A stretch of DNA of 64,000 nucleotides from positions 23,748,001 to 23,812,000 of the forward strand of contig CM052818.1 in NCBI GenBank assembly GCA_028534125.1, in the 5' to 3' direction. Positions 50,198 through 64,000 of the stretch are shown one piece after another. The stretch's first letter is position 1. Each line of letters begins with the position of its first letter. The DNA comes from Lama glama. Taxonomy: Eukaryota. The notes below the pieces were generated by a model. The model searched no databases. It had not been told where the DNA came from and saw only the letters and a list, made by a program, of their open reading frames with translations. Position numbers and translations under genes: made by a program.

Positions 50198-53100
50198 ATG
50201 AAGCTATCAAAGCTAAAGGGCACATTTACTTTGCCTATTTCCAAACACTTTGGATTAATATGGCGCTTTTACTTAAGAAAATGTTATGATTTGAAAACTT
50301 GGGTTTCCCATCAAAGGCTTGTCATAAAAAATCCTACATATTTGCTTATCACCTGGTGAAGAAAATTAAAAGACAGTCACTATTATGGAATACTGGTGAG
50401 GCCAGACATCACTTGAATTACTAAGCCTGGAGTAGAGTCCTGGCTTGGAGCAGAAGAAAAATTCAAGCAGCATTATCTCAAATGTTATCATCTGCTCTGG
50501 AATCACTACAATCACTGATGTTTCTTTTGCAGCATTTATCTGCAGCATGAAATGGGATGAAATTTATTTTAGGGCAACCACGTTTTGATTTTCATCGACT
50601 TCAAGTAGAGTGGTACCATTGAAGAAGTCATCCAATTTTGTTAAACTCCTTTATATGTTACAAAGAATACTATCATACAAAAATGTCACAAAATAAAAAT
50701 CATGTAATTCTTGCTCTATGGAGCATCTATAATGTTTGATAACATGTTATTTTTCTGCTTTGGTCATTAAAAACATCCATAAGTCATTGCTTCTAAATTG
50801 GCCTCTGTTATCCTCAAATACAATTATGCTAAAATTCAGCTAGTATTACTGTTTCTTAGGTTTTGCTGTCAAACAGGCAAAGCAGCAGGGTAAAGGTTAT
50901 CCTGGGGATCAAGAATAAAAACGAGGAATTGCTGTGCTGTAAGCAATTCATGTGATTCCGTTCATTCTTGGAGACGTGCCTGAAGTTTGATGATCAAGGC
51001 AGCCTGTACAGAATAAGGAAGCCATGTAATTAGATGAGTGCCTACCTGTGGCTTCTGCCTTTTACAAGTTTCCTTAGAACAAGCCCATTATTACCCCAAA
51101 GTCCCCTCTATTGCCATATATGTAAATTGTTGCATCATAAACATATTTTGCAACAGTTCCACTTCTTAATGTATCATCAAGCCAGCCTGAGTTTTCAGTG
51201 TAGTAAGCCGGACAGTAGTCTATCAGAGTCCACCACTGGTCAGCGATATGATGACCATCCCCAATTTCCAAATAATTTCTCACTCACCTGTTAAAGAAAA
51301 CCCCACATTTGAACAGGTGATAGTAATTACATCCCCAACTGTCCTGACCCTCTCCCCTCTCCTGCCCATTGTAGAGTTACTAAATAATAAAAATTCCAGT
51401 GTGACCCTTGAGGTAGTAGGAGTCAATGTATGTGTTTTATCTCATGTTGCCTATGATTTAAGTTGCAGATGTGCATCCCAACACTGCAGAAAATCTCTTC
51501 AAGTTTTAGTAGTCAGCTTTCCCCCAATGGAACTGACTTTCAAGAATGCATTCTTATGGCTTCCCAGCCACACTTGAAGGCCATTAGGCAAGGTTTTAGG
51601 ATTATTAGACTGTGCCGTCAGAAAGCCTAGCTCTAGGAGGAGCAGGGTCAAGAGGTCTGGGGACCACTTCTTCCTCATTTCAACACACTCTGGCTTGATT
51701 TTTTCTGGCTATGAAGCAGTAGTAGCAGTTCCCCCAAATTCTAAGACTAGAGAGTTGTGGCAGGCCAAGTGACTCTGCCTGCTATTGTGCTCCTATACAG
51801 TTTCGTTGCTGTTTTGAGTGCTACATCTTTATTTCATTAACAGTAATCTTCACATACTACTTATCTTCCTTATTTAGCTATTAAATTGGGAGTGTATTTT
51901 AAAAATCCGTACCTCTTCAAATAGGATATACTATTGGTATGTATGAAGCAGCTTGAATGATAAGAGAAATCCAGAGGCTTCTGATGAGTCTGTTCCACTA
52001 ACCTGGCACATTTCTTCATGCTGAGTAAATGACCCAGCGCCACCCATTCCTGGCTTTCTATTGTTTTACCAAGAAAAGCATTTTGCCTAGTATGCAACTA
52101 CTAGTGCCTAACTTCTCAAGTCCAACAAGCACCAGAATATCTGTTTCCAAGCACAGCCCACTTTACTAACATCTTGGCCAAGGGTCTCCCTGCCTGAAAG
52201 GAGGTATCAACACTATTCCTAGTGTGTTTTAGGTGGAGAGGTTATGGAGATGAACCTTCTACTTCTCTGCAATTAACCAGTGGCATCCTGGGCTTCTAGA
52301 GGGTGGTTACTTTAGGCTGTGTGAGCTTCAGGGTTCCATATTTGTACCTCTAGACTTGGTGCAGAAATTCTGGATTTTGACATTAGTAAAACAGATTCTG
52401 CTAGTTTGTACCAGCTTAGAGCAGCTATGAAGTGCCAACCCAGGCATGCAGTACTTTCAGTTCATGGATATACTTTCCACGCTGAATCAAAGACTCAAAC
52501 TTTGACATCATTTCATGAAAAATGACTTGGTGAGTTCTAACCGAGGGATCTTCCCTTATACAGTGATTACTAATTACTTAAAATATTATGTAATCTTTTC
52601 TGAGATATATTTTTCAGAGCCAGCATAGGCTAGCACTCAGTAGCAGTCTGTCTTGACAGGCATCAGATTCATCAGGTCCTAAATAGCGATTAGAAGAAAA
52701 CGTTGTGCACTGGTGAAGTGCATTAAACTAGCAGTAAAGTTGTGAGAGTCTTTCTCTTTATTAAAATTGAGTGAGTCAAACTGGGCATGGAATAATAAGC
52801 AAAATAAAGTTCTCATCTGTGAGTGCCTTGGGAAAGGGTACTTGGCCAGTTAAGCATAGACTAAGGATTTATTTCAAGTATAAACCAGAATTTAAGGACA
52901 CAAGAGGATGCCAGTCTACATCAAGTGCAGGAGCCGAACCTCTTCTAGATTTTTAGATGTCTGTCTAATTACTAGATGCCTCTCATTGGCCTTCAAATAT
53001 GCCCATATTGTTCCCCTTAACAAGATAAGCAAGAAGAACATGACAGAGGAAAGGAGGAGGGGGAGGAGGAGGAAAAAAAAGGAAAATAGCAAGGAAAAGA

Positions 53101-54789
53101 AACAACAAAACAAAAGCTGCACACCTCTATATAGACAGTGTTTAATATCTTTCTTCTCTGTGGCATAAACTTTTATTTATTTGCCATTATTTGTATTCCC
53201 TGACTTCCTTAGTAATATAACACTGATTTATAGCTGGGCACTCGGGCTACTTGGAATGAAGAGTACATTTTCCAGTCTCTTTTCTTACTAGGCTTGGCTG
53301 TATGACTAAGCAGTGATCAATAAATGCAAATAAGTGTCTGAAAGTGTCCAGAAATCATCACTGTAGTAGACAAGCCTCTGTCATCCTCTCTCCTTCCTGA
53401 TGGCTGGATTGCAGTCATTACCGCCTAAGACTCAGCAGACAGATGGAAGCTGAGGATGGGGAAGCAACAAGATTGACAGAGCTTGGGTCCTGATGGTCAT
53501 GAAGCCATCTCCAACTTCTGCAATGTTATATGTTGATTATATCTCAATAAAATTGAAAAAGTAATAGTGATCATGCTGTAAGGATGAGATAATGTTTAAA
53601 AGCCTTAGCACAAAGACTGGTTTTGTTTTACAGATGCTTGCTGTTAAAAATATGTCTAATAAATGGTAGCTCTTATGATGATGGTATCATTAGCAGCCAG
53701 GCATCGTGGTAGGCAGTGTGTACACAAAGACAGCCCCTCTCCTCAGTGACCTCCTAGTAGAGGAGAAGATGGACAAACCAAAACAACTTATTAAAGTGCC
53801 TAGAATTGTGACACACAGATATTAATAACTTTTTATTTTATGTGATACTACATACTGTTTTCCTGGGTTGCTTAAAGTCACTGTAAAAATCCATTGAACT
53901 TTCACCTTTCAGACATAAATCCAATAATAAAGATGAGTAAGAGAAGTAAAATTACAGAATATCCACAAACCATCTTCAGTTAATCGAGTTTACTTTTCCA
54001 CAGTAGAACAAAAATCCCAAATACTGTATTGTATCCTTGAACCAAAGATTTGAAGAAATAAAACTCTGTTATACCACTTCAGCACATATAGTCTTTAGAA
54101 GTACAGCCTTTTTACTTGGAGGAATATAATTTCAATTGTGATATGTACATATGATATATGGTATATATGTGTGTGTGGTGTTTATTTGCTTAGATAGAAA
54201 TTGATGGCAAATGTGAAACCTGATATAATATATACCAATTTAATATATTGGAGTAGATTTAAAGGAAATTAAAGAATAAAAATATATTTACTCAGAAAAG
54301 AAAATGCAAATAATTATATTTGTAAAATAAAATTCAAAGCTCACTATTCAAACTTTATAGTGAGAATTTAATTCAGTGCATCCATATCTTGAATTTTTTT
54401 CTTTTACCAAGGTAACATTTTTCAAAGAGTAATATACAACTCCGGATTAAATTTTAAAAAAGAGAAAGTGACAATTCAGGTTTCTGTCTTGCATTTTATT
54501 TTCAGTGATGCATGTGTTTCAGATAATGATACCAGATAATTAACATTTTCAAAATTGAAAGTAAATTAATTTTCATAATGGGATCATATTAGCTCATAAA
54601 ATCACAAGTTATTTCCTCACAAGTACTATATAAAAATGGCCCTCAAATTTTTAATAGATAAGCTTTGTGAATTTTTTTTTCAATCAGATCTATAGAATGA
54701 GGAAAACAAGTACTTAATCTGGATAAAATACTAAATAAAACAGAAAAAGTTCTGGACCTTTGGTCACTCAGATTTCCTTTTCCCTGAAG

Positions 54790-55160
54790 GGGCCCTTGAT
54801 AGGGTTCCTATTGGCTAATACAGCAGGATGACAAATCTGTGTCAATGTGAAGGAGATGGAGGTGCTATTGCAAAGGAGCAGTCTCTTCTCCTGCATTTTA
54901 TAAATGCTTAAGTCATGGGAACGTTCTTAAGCCACCTGGAAGTCAAGGGAAGAACCTGCCCAAAAATAAAGCTGGACACACAATGAAAATAACCAAAGAA
55001 GAAAAGAACCTCAAACTATGATGACATTGTTGAACCACTGAATCAACAAAATCTGGAAACACACTACATCTGGACTTGTGGTTTCATGAGAAAATTGATT
55101 TTCTATTCTTGAGTCAATTTGAATTTCCTGTTACTCTAAGCCAAAAGCCTCCTGATTTAT
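54790..55160. mobile_element. MaLR (MLT1-like) LTR remnant
   Basis: 'atgacattgttgaaccactgaatcaac', 'ctggacttgtggtttcatgag', 'cctgttact...ccaaaagcctcctgat'. Confidence 0.5.
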
Positions 55161-55199
55161 ATAGCCTCTTTCTGCAGAATTGGAAAATCACTACATGTA

Positions 55200-55610
55200 G
55201 ACCAATTGTAGCATGGATAAACAGATTGTGATATATCCATACAATAGAATATTATTCAGCAATAAAAAGAAATAAACAGATACATGCAACAACATGGTTG
55301 AATCTCAAAAAGAATTATGCTAAATGAAAGCAGCAAGACTAAAAAAATCACTTTCTGTACAACTCAATTTATATGACATTCTTGAAAAGTCAAACTCAGA
55401 TCAGTGATTTCAAGAGGAGGTGGGGAGAGAGGCTTGACCACAAAGAAGCAGAAGGGGACTTTGGGGGTTGACAGAAATGTTCTGTATCTTGATTGTAGTG
55501 ATGATTACATTTATCATACATCATACATACATCACATAAGAATGGTGAATTTTACTGTATGCAAATTATACTTCAGTGAATAAAAATATCATTTGTTAAA
55601 TAAATAAATG
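55200..55610 (+). mobile_element. Old L1 3' UTR fragment
   Basis: 'atccatacaatagaatattattcagcaataaaaagaa', 'aacaacatggttgaatctcaaaa', 'aatgttctgtatcttgattgtagtg'. Confidence 0.8.
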
Positions 55611-58600
55611 AAAATACTCCAATAAAAGGATATGGAGGTCATCATTCTACAATATCTTCTCAACTCACAGTAGAAGTAGTAAAGTGTTTGCAATTAGTAT
55701 TTTGCTAATATTTAAGTTCTAATACTAAAAAAGTGATAAACTTTTTAATAAATTACAATGATTTAATATAATCCCTAGAGTAACTCTTCATTACTTATCT
55801 TCTTCTCCAAAATTTCTCAATAAATAGCCTAGTCTCCCTACTGCAATATTGGAAAACCATGTGCTCTTCTGTCTTAACTGAGAGAGAAAAAATGGCCACC
55901 TAGTTTCTACTTTAAGGCTTCTGATGAATGGTTCTGCTGACTTTAAAAAGATGAAAAGCTATCCAAGTATTTAAGAAGTGGGAAGAGTCAAGACCCTCAA
56001 GTATTAAAACTAAGTAAGGATTCAAGGTTTTCATTAGAGGAAATCTTCCTGAGTTTGCTGGTCATTGGAACATTCATTATGAGCAATTTTGGCATAAATC
56101 TTTGCTAATGCAACACTGAAGTAGCTCATTCTACTAATGGCTAGCTCTAATTCATGGAAAGGTCCTTCTTATAATAAGCAGAACTCTGGCTCGCCTTAAC
56201 TCATCAACATTCGTCTTCTGAATGAGGCCTTTTCTTTCACCACATTAGGGCCTTTTAAATAATTGAAAGCAACTGCCATCCCCCTCCCACCCCACCTCCT
56301 GATCATTTCTGTTTTTTCTTCCTAGGGTCTTTGTGTTTCAAGGACAGAGAAAGAGGAGCATTTCTTCACCTATAAGGTTACAAAAGGATAATTTTCTTTA
56401 TTCAGCAGCGATGAGTATGAGAAACAATTTCAGGCTCTCTCTCTGTCCTTACCATCTACCCACACCCTCTTCTCTCTTCCACCTGGAGAAAGTGATTAGC
56501 ACAGGCAAAAGCCTAATATCCATTTCTCTCTAACGTCAGAGTTAATATTCCAAGTTCACGGACCATGTGTGTCCTGTCCTCTCTGCAGTCTCTCTGATGG
56601 ATGACAAGAATGCCTGTAAATGCCAGATGTTCTCCTCAATTCTGTCTACGTGGTCAGCTTACCATCAAAGACCTCCCTGGTCCTCCTAATTACAGGAAAC
56701 AATGGTTATTCAACTGCCTGGCCTGAAACTGGATGGGCAAGAGGTTCTACTCACAAAGAACAGTGGGGAAAGCCTCTTTTCACCATGAAGTCCAAGCCAC
56801 ATTTTCACATTCAGTGTGAACAGTGAGCTGCATGCTTTGGATAATAAAGCTGATACTGGATGTAGTCTATCCTTCAACCAAATCCTTGCACTTCATTTCA
56901 GTTGGCTCAGAACCTAGAGTGAGTCTGAGCATTATCCATATCTGGCAACTCTCCCCTAATAATCCCTAGTTCTTTCAATATTCTTACATGTTGTCCTCAT
57001 TCTCCAACATTATGTTTATCCATTTGTGAAGAGTCTCTAATTTGTGTAGGCAACTCTTAACACTGTGACCTCAGAGCACCATAATATATTTGAAAATAAA
57101 AAACCCTTTTAATTGAATTCAATTAGACCTTGGTTAACATCCTGGCTCCACTGGTTGCCAGATATGAATGTTTGGGCAGATTATTTCAATGGCCCTGACT
57201 CTTGAATGGACAGAATATCAACCACACAGAATTGTTATGAAGTTGGAGGTAATTAAAATAGCATTTGTATGTCATTTAGCACAGTGCCTGATACGCACTA
57301 GGTCCATGAGGAAGGCAGTTTTTCCTCCTGATGCTCTCCTTCAACGTCATACTGGAGACATACTGAAGACATTTTAAAATTTAATGCTTGCTCCATAGAC
57401 TAGACGTATTTTTGAGGGAATTCTGTGGGACTGATTTATTTCCACATCAATAAATGAAAGACCACCTATGTATAAAGAAGTTGCATCTCTGCCAAATGTT
57501 TGACCACTGTGTAAAATTCAGACAACTTTATCCTCTTTTCTGAACCCCCTTTAAATGCTGTTGTCTCCATGAAGGGTTAATGATATCTCCTCAGCTTCAA
57601 CAGAATCAAACTGACGCATCTGACTTAGGCATCTCTTAGATTACTGATTGCATTCCACATTTTACTATAATTTACTGTCATTTCATAATCCACACTGCAC
57701 TGTAAACTCCCACGAAATTAGGCTTGGCACCGTGGTACTGATTCATCCCAGTGTGCCAATCTAACATTAGAATTTCTTAGAAGTTAAAGGGCAGTGTGAA
57801 TAAAGGGCTAACGTTAGGCCTGGGCTGACTCAGTGCTGCTTGAAAAGTTTCCCTTGAAAACGGTACTTAAGACAAACGAAGAATGTTGTTTATGCCTCCT
57901 TTGTGGTGTGGGGTAGGGAGAGCTGTGAATGGGGATGCACGGCATATAAAACTGGTGGGTAAAGGAGCCATGGCTTTCTTTAGGTCAAGGTGATCCTCAC
58001 ATTCTTTGGTCCTCAATCGTAGCAACCATATATGCCCCATAACGGTAAGGAGGCAAAAGAAGCTGCATTTTTGGTTACCTGTCAGGCCTCTTAATGAGAT
58101 GAAGGTATTGTACTTCCTGTGTTTTCTGCTTTGTATTCTGCTAAAAAGCTAATTAGCTATTGTATTAGATTCCTATATTATTAGATAATATTGCCTTTTT
58201 AGGTCTCATGAGTCTTATTGCCCATCTGAAACTACAACCATAGATTTGCTGCCCTGGGGAGTCTTTTGTAGCTTGTCTGAATCATGCACAGCCAGTAGAG
58301 CACTTACCAAATGCTCTCGGTTTATCAGAGTTAACAACCCTGGCATTTGTAATTATTGAAAGATCATGGCAAGGGTAGGGGGTCAAAAAAGTTCAGGATA
58401 TATTACAACCCTTGATGAGTCACTATGACTACTATGTGAGATAGAGGAAAGAAAAATGGGTGGCTATAGAATCTGTAAAACATTGACCTTGTGCACCCTC
58501 CGACATTTTACACAGTATTTTTAGAAATACACATGTGCTTATTTCTAAAAGGATGCTCACATTTTAAAGAGATTCTAAAAGATGACCCCATGAAAGGTTA

Positions 58601-60169
58601 AGAGCTATTACTTTAATTTAGAGAGGCTGAATACACTTAAGAGAGGAATTCAGACAATTTATGAAGAAAATTACTGCTTTGATACCTCCAGGGTACTTCT
58701 TAGCAAATGACTCTTAGACTATACCAAGTGGCCTTCACTAGCTAAAATTAAGGTTAAATTTTCTCCCCTGAAATGTCTTGCTCATCCCTGAGGAATTTAC
58801 TCACTGTTTAAGGACAAATGTTTCCAAGAGTCCAGGAAAATAATTAATATATTCTATTACCTTTAATGAAGGTTATCAGAGCTTTCCTTGTCCTTTGCCT
58901 AATCCAAGCACAGCACATTACTGGGCTGGAGGAAGAATGCTCAAATAGGAACAAGGCTAATGTGAAAACAAAGTGTTACTTTGATTGGTGCTGGGGTCAA
59001 AATAGTTGGGCTGAGACACATCATCCCCCCATCCAGCACCCTCACCTAGTGATCGTCCAGTTCCTACAACAGAGTTAAACATTCAGGAAAAACCAACACC
59101 ACAGCAGTAAAAAACCCCAATGGAAACAATTTCAGAATATTCACCACTAGTATAGCTGATTATGTAGCACTGATAACCAACAGGCAGTGTTTCTTTTCAA
59201 CATAGATTTTACACAATGGCAAATTTATCAGTTAGGAAAGGCTTTGTTCTTGTGTGAGAAAATAGACAAGCAAGAGCAGCCTGCACTAGAGCGTTGATTT
59301 TTCTTTTTCTCACTTAACAAATGTGAGAGAGGTTAGTTCTTGTAATCATTTCTTAAGCCAACACCAAGGGTTGAAGATTGGCATCACTAGTTTCCTAGAT
59401 CTTTTCAATGTTCCAAAAAGTTGGAAGCCACTCCTTGTATCACATTCCCAAATAATTTCAGTCAAAATAATGAAGCAAGCAAGATGCAACCCAGAACAAG
59501 TGCTTCTTCCTGTAACTACTGTAACTTTATACTGAATAGGAATAACTTTCTCTAAACCCTCTTCTCCTTCAAAGAATGGAGGTACCTGCCCACCTCTAGA
59601 TAAAGTGCTCTCTAGGACCACATTTGCTGATGTCAAGAGGTCACCACAAAATAAACAAGATACTAGTAGAGATGAAGTGGTAGAACTAGCCTTTGAGTAA
59701 GCAGGCCAAGTGTTTTTATTTTTGCTTCATTGCATCTTGTTTTTTTGTGGAACCTCAATTTCAAAGGTTTCAGTACATCGTAATCCTCAGTTTGACTTAC
59801 GTTCTCATCAATGATCAATGCAAGACACCTCTCTTTTTATAAGTACTTATTTATCACACTTGACTTCCATCCAGGGTTACTTCCCTCACTCTGGACAATG
59901 GCTGTGTTCATTTACTACTGGGTTTGATATTGTTTCCATACCTTTTTAGTGGTCAAAAGTAAAACATCTGTGTTTTTAAAGATAAAATACATCAAGAGTT
60001 GTTGCTGATTATTTGATTCTAAATTCATTATTACAGATTTTGCTTAGCCTCAACTGAATCTAATTTATCTCATCCCCAAAATCTTAGTCTCAAAGAAATC
60101 AACATAGATACTCACTTTCTTTGTGCCACAAAATAAAAACAACAGTCTCTGAATAACAGTACCAATACT

Positions 60170-60600
60170 GGAGTGACAGCATCAAGACAGTGACAAGACA
60201 GTCCCCTGAACCTCAGTCCCTCTCACAAGAGGCCAACGAGCAAGCCTCCATAGACAAGACACCACTGTGAAAACACCAGAACTCGGGTGGGACTAAAACA
60301 CCCACTCTGGACCACACAGACCAAGAGGGGCTACATTAGAAGGGTAAAGAGTGGCTACACGTAGACCGTATTATCTAGGATTGGAACCCTGAACAGACCC
60401 TCGTTTGCCCTGGCTCTGTTTCCTAGGTTTGGGCACCTGATCTAGTAGTCCCTGGGTCTCTGTAACATGGGAAGGAGGGCCCAGTCCTGCTGGCCTGAAC
60501 AGCTGGTGCCTTCCTCACCACCTCACTGCCCTCTCCTTCCCAGGTAACGTCCAACATCTCCTATTTGCTCTTGTCCTGGGCCCGGTGTACGTCTAGCAGC
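60170..60600 (+). mobile_element. Probable older L1 5' UTR fragment
   Basis: 'gagtgacagcatcaaga...' start and GC-richer composition; lies upstream of the ORF2 fragment at 61497. Confidence 0.4.
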
Positions 60601-61246
60601 TGGGGGTGGAGTGGAGTGGGGAAAGTTTAAAAAAGATAAACTTTATTTTAGAAAATTCCGAACATACAGAAGTAAAAAACATGAGTATCACCAAAACCCA
60701 AAAATTAAACAAAAAACAAACAAAATCATGAAGTCTTTCAGAAAGAAAGGTGAGCAGCCAATAGGACAGAGGCAGTGGAAACACCAGGTCACATATCTGA
60801 TTCATCAAGCTAAGGAGCTGGGAGCTGGAACTGAAGAACGCCTGGTCTGAGGATAAGCTCAGCCACAAGCAGACCCAAGCGAAATGTGGCTTCTAGGACT
60901 GTGGAACTGATTGCTCCTAGGATTTCCTGCAGCCCAGTTTGTCAGCCCCCAACTTCACTTCTGAGACCCAGCTGTTCTAAGCCCAGAATATCTTTCCCTA
61001 AGGACCCAACTCTTACCTCTGCAAGAATGAATATATTTGATAGATTCTTTTCTTAGTGAAAATTAGAAGATTCAGCTTATTTCTGTCTTAGACATAATAA
61101 AGACTCAAGTGATGCCTCAGAAGGGACTCTGAGTTCTTGGATGGAAGTTTTGCTCACTGTTGGGTGTGATGAAATGTTGAACCTCCTCTCTGCCAACTTA
61201 TCTTTTTAACCAAGGATGTCTGTTGAAATAAAACACTTAGTCTGAC

Positions 61247-61468
61247 AAGAAAGAAAGAAAGGAAAGAAAGGAAAGAAAGGAAGAAAAAAGGAAGGAAGGA
61301 AGAAAAGAAAGAAGGAAGAAAGGAAAGATGGAAGGAAGAAAAAGAAAGGAAAGAAAGAAGGAAGGAAGCAAAGAAAGAGCGGGAGGGAGGAAGGGAGGAA
61401 AGAAGGAGGAAATGAGAAGGAAAGAAAGGAAAGGAAAAAGAAAAGGAAGGAAGGAAGGAAGGAAGAAA
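61247..61468. repeat. Purine-rich (GAAA/GGAA)n low-complexity tract
   Basis: Read directly; ~220 bp almost entirely A/G. Confidence 0.95.
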
Positions 61469-61496
61469 ACCCTTAATATGATTCCCTTCAGCTCCA

Positions 61497-62662
61497 AAAA
61501 AAGGGAGGCAACACTCTCAAACTCATTTTATGAGGCCAGCATTATCTTGATACTAAAGCCAAATAAGAATAACATAAGAATAAAAAACTATAGGTCAATA
61601 TCGCTGATGAGTACAGATGCAAAAATTCTCAACAAAATATTAGCAAACTGAATTTGATAGCATTGTAAAAGGATCACACACCATGATCAAGAAGAATTCA
61701 ACCCTGGGATGCAAGGATGGTTCAACATACACAAATTAATAAATGTGATACACTACACGAATAGAAAGACAGATAAAAATCATATGATCATCTCTATAGA
61801 TACAGAAAAGCACTTAACAAAATTCAACACCCATTCATGATGAAAACTCTCAAAAACTGTATGGACATAATGTACCTCAACACAGTAAATTTAATAATAA
61901 AGCCTATATATTACAAGCCCACAGGTAACTTCTTACTCAATAGTAAAAGGTTGAAAACTTTTACTCTAAGATCAGCAGCAAGACAAGGGCACCCACTCTT
62001 AGCACTTTTATTCAATATAGTACTGGAAGTACTAGCCAGTGCAATTAGGCTAGTAAAAGAAATAAAAGGCATCTCAAATGAAAAAGAAGAAGTAAAACTG
62101 TCTCTGCATATAAGATGATATATGATCTTATATGTGGAAAATTCAAAAGACTATACCAAAAAAAAAACCAGATAGAATTTATCAATGAATATAGAAAAGT
62201 TGCAGGATACAAAATCAACATATAGAAATTAGTTGCATTTCTATACCCTAAAAATAGAGTATCTGAAAAAGAAATAAAACTATTCCATTCACAGTAGCAT
62301 CAAAATACTAAAATACTTAGGAATAAATTTAACCAAAAAGTTAAATATCTTTACACTGCAAACTATAAAACACTAATAAAAGACACTGAAGAAGGCACAA
62401 ATGAAAGTTATCTCATGTTCATAATTTGGAAACATTAATATTGGTAAAATGTCATACTCCCCAAAGTCATCTTTAGATTTACTGCAATCTCTATCAAATT
62501 TCAAATGGAATTACTTCAAATCTAGAACAAATTAAAATTTATTAGGGATCACAAAAGCAACAGCCAAAGCAATCCCAAGAAAGAAAAACAAACCAAGAGG
62601 GATCACACTTCCTAATTCCAAACTATACTACAAAGATATAGTAATTAAAAGACTCTGGTACG
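61497..62662 (+). pseudogene. L1 ORF2 reverse-transcriptase fragment
   Basis: [18 protein letters not shown]...[21 protein letters not shown] and [23 protein letters not shown]. Confidence 0.92.
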
Positions 62663-62665
62663 AGA

Positions 62666-64000
62666 AGGGGGTCAGGATGGTGGCAGAGAACTCATCTCCC
62701 CACACAAATGTATCAAAAATACATCTACATGTGGAACTTTTCTCATGGAAATTTAACTGCAAAGAGGCAGAATTCCTATACAACCAAACTGCAATAAAGA
62801 TCTCCACATAACTGGGTAGCATGGGAAAACATAGCATCAGGAAAGGGCCTGTGCCCCAGGGAGGAATCTATCAAGAAGGGAAGGCCTGCATGGGCAGATC
62901 TTTGCCATGGGGAGTAAGCAGGCTGAACCACGATCTGGGCATTCCAGACCTTGGGTCCTGCATAGAGGAATCAAGGCCCCTTTCCTGCTAGGAACACTGC
63001 TGAGACAGACAGAAAGGCTAGAGAGGCCCGGACTCTACTCCTGAGGTGTATAGCCTAACTGGCTTGCCAATAATCAGGGTAGAGAGAGCCTTGCACTGGA
63101 GGCTGCCACCTCGCTGCACTTTCCAATCTGAAGGGGCAAACACCCTGGCCCTGCTCATTCTACACCCCAGCCTGGCATGATATCTGGGCAAAGACTCAGT
63201 CTAGCCATGAAGAGACAGACCAGTGTGCCTGGGATGTGATCCAGATAAAGCCACAAAGGCCACTGTCAGCATGCTCATGGGGTGGCACCACAAGAGCACG
63301 CAGTGGCTAAGCACTGAATCCCAGGCAGACAGGCCCTGGAAGAGAACTCACCTAGCTATGGACGGAAAGCCTGAGGGCCTGGGGTGTGGTCTGGACAAGG
63401 CAGAAATCTCAACTGTCAGCACGTTCAGGGGTACACAGCCTTCATCTTCCAGCAAGAGTGCCCCAGCTCTACCCACGACACACTTCAGCTTAGCACAAGA
63501 GCTGGAGCACACGAGTCCAGAGATGAGACTGCCACAGAGGCAGCACAAATCTCAGGTAGTGGCATAGCCGCCTCAGATCCTGCAGCCACAATGTCCCGAC
63601 CCCCAGCCATATCCTACACCACACCACTGCACAGCATCAGATCTGGGATGAGCACAACAGAGAAAAGCATGCAAGCTTGGGCTGTTTCTGAGTGGAATCT
63701 CAAACATCTACATGGGAGATACATAGGTCATCTGTGACTGAAAAGGCCTCACCTGCTCTGAGAGACGGCATCCACTCAAGGGCAATGGAGCCTGAATGAA
63801 CCCAACGCCCAGAGACATAAGGATGGTTCAACATGTGCAAATCAATGTGATATACCACATCAACAAAACAAAGGACAAAAATCACATGATCATCTCAATA
63901 GATGCAGAAAAAGCATTTGATAAAATTCAATACCCATTTATGATAAAAACTCTTACCAAAGTGGGTATAGAGGGAACATGTCTCAACATAATAAAAGCTA
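62666..64000 (+). mobile_element. L1 with 5' UTR fused directly to the ORF2 RT region; runs off the window end
   Basis: 62666-63815 is homologous to the 5' UTR at 9975-10990. From ~63815 'ataaggatggttcaacatgtgcaaatcaatgtgata...' is ORF2. Confidence 0.9.

Noticed and set aside
51074..51283. 69-aa minus-strand ORF with protein-like composition
   Set aside because: No family recognised and no convincing splice acceptor.
57940..57995. TATAAAA followed by GCCATGG
   Set aside because: The ATG lies only about 25 nt after the TATA, at or before the expected start site; no supporting ORF.
58866..59078. Short ORF with hydrophobic N-terminus and cysteines (MKVIRAFLVLCLIQAQ...)
   Set aside because: No recognisable cysteine spacing or family match, weak start context; expected by chance.
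61237..61497. Phe/Leu/Ser-rich and Lys/Arg/Glu-rich ORFs
   Set aside because: Translations of the purine low-complexity tract.

Overview
This is AT-rich, repeat-dense mammalian genomic DNA with two 500-N assembly gaps and no intact protein-coding gene that I can support. The L1 3' ends look cetartiodactyl, and I saw no Alu, Bov-tA or PRE1 SINEs, so a camelid-like host is a tentative inference. Most of the window is decayed L1, MaLR, MIR, L2 and MER elements plus microsatellites. The standout is a degenerate minus-strand class I (ERV1-type) provirus at about 27901-33286 (3' LTR, PPT, integrase, gag/pro remnants, Arg-type PBS). Inside its gag lies an intronless, circularly permuted copy of the host MFS transporter SLC18B1: residues ~224-330 come before residues ~15-225. 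The two blocks join at ATTAAGAG|GTGAT, which matches a back-splice junction (exon 9 to exon 2, from my recollection of the human gene). The copy begins and ends at the same codon and has no poly(A). This is what one full lap of reverse transcription around a circular RNA, captured by retroviral template switching, would leave. The same provirus carries a second unidentified ~1 kb non-viral insert where RT would be. Its U5-PBS-leader is duplicated in inverted orientation 15 kb away (3 differences in 228 bp), and a same-family solo LTR lies between the two copies.
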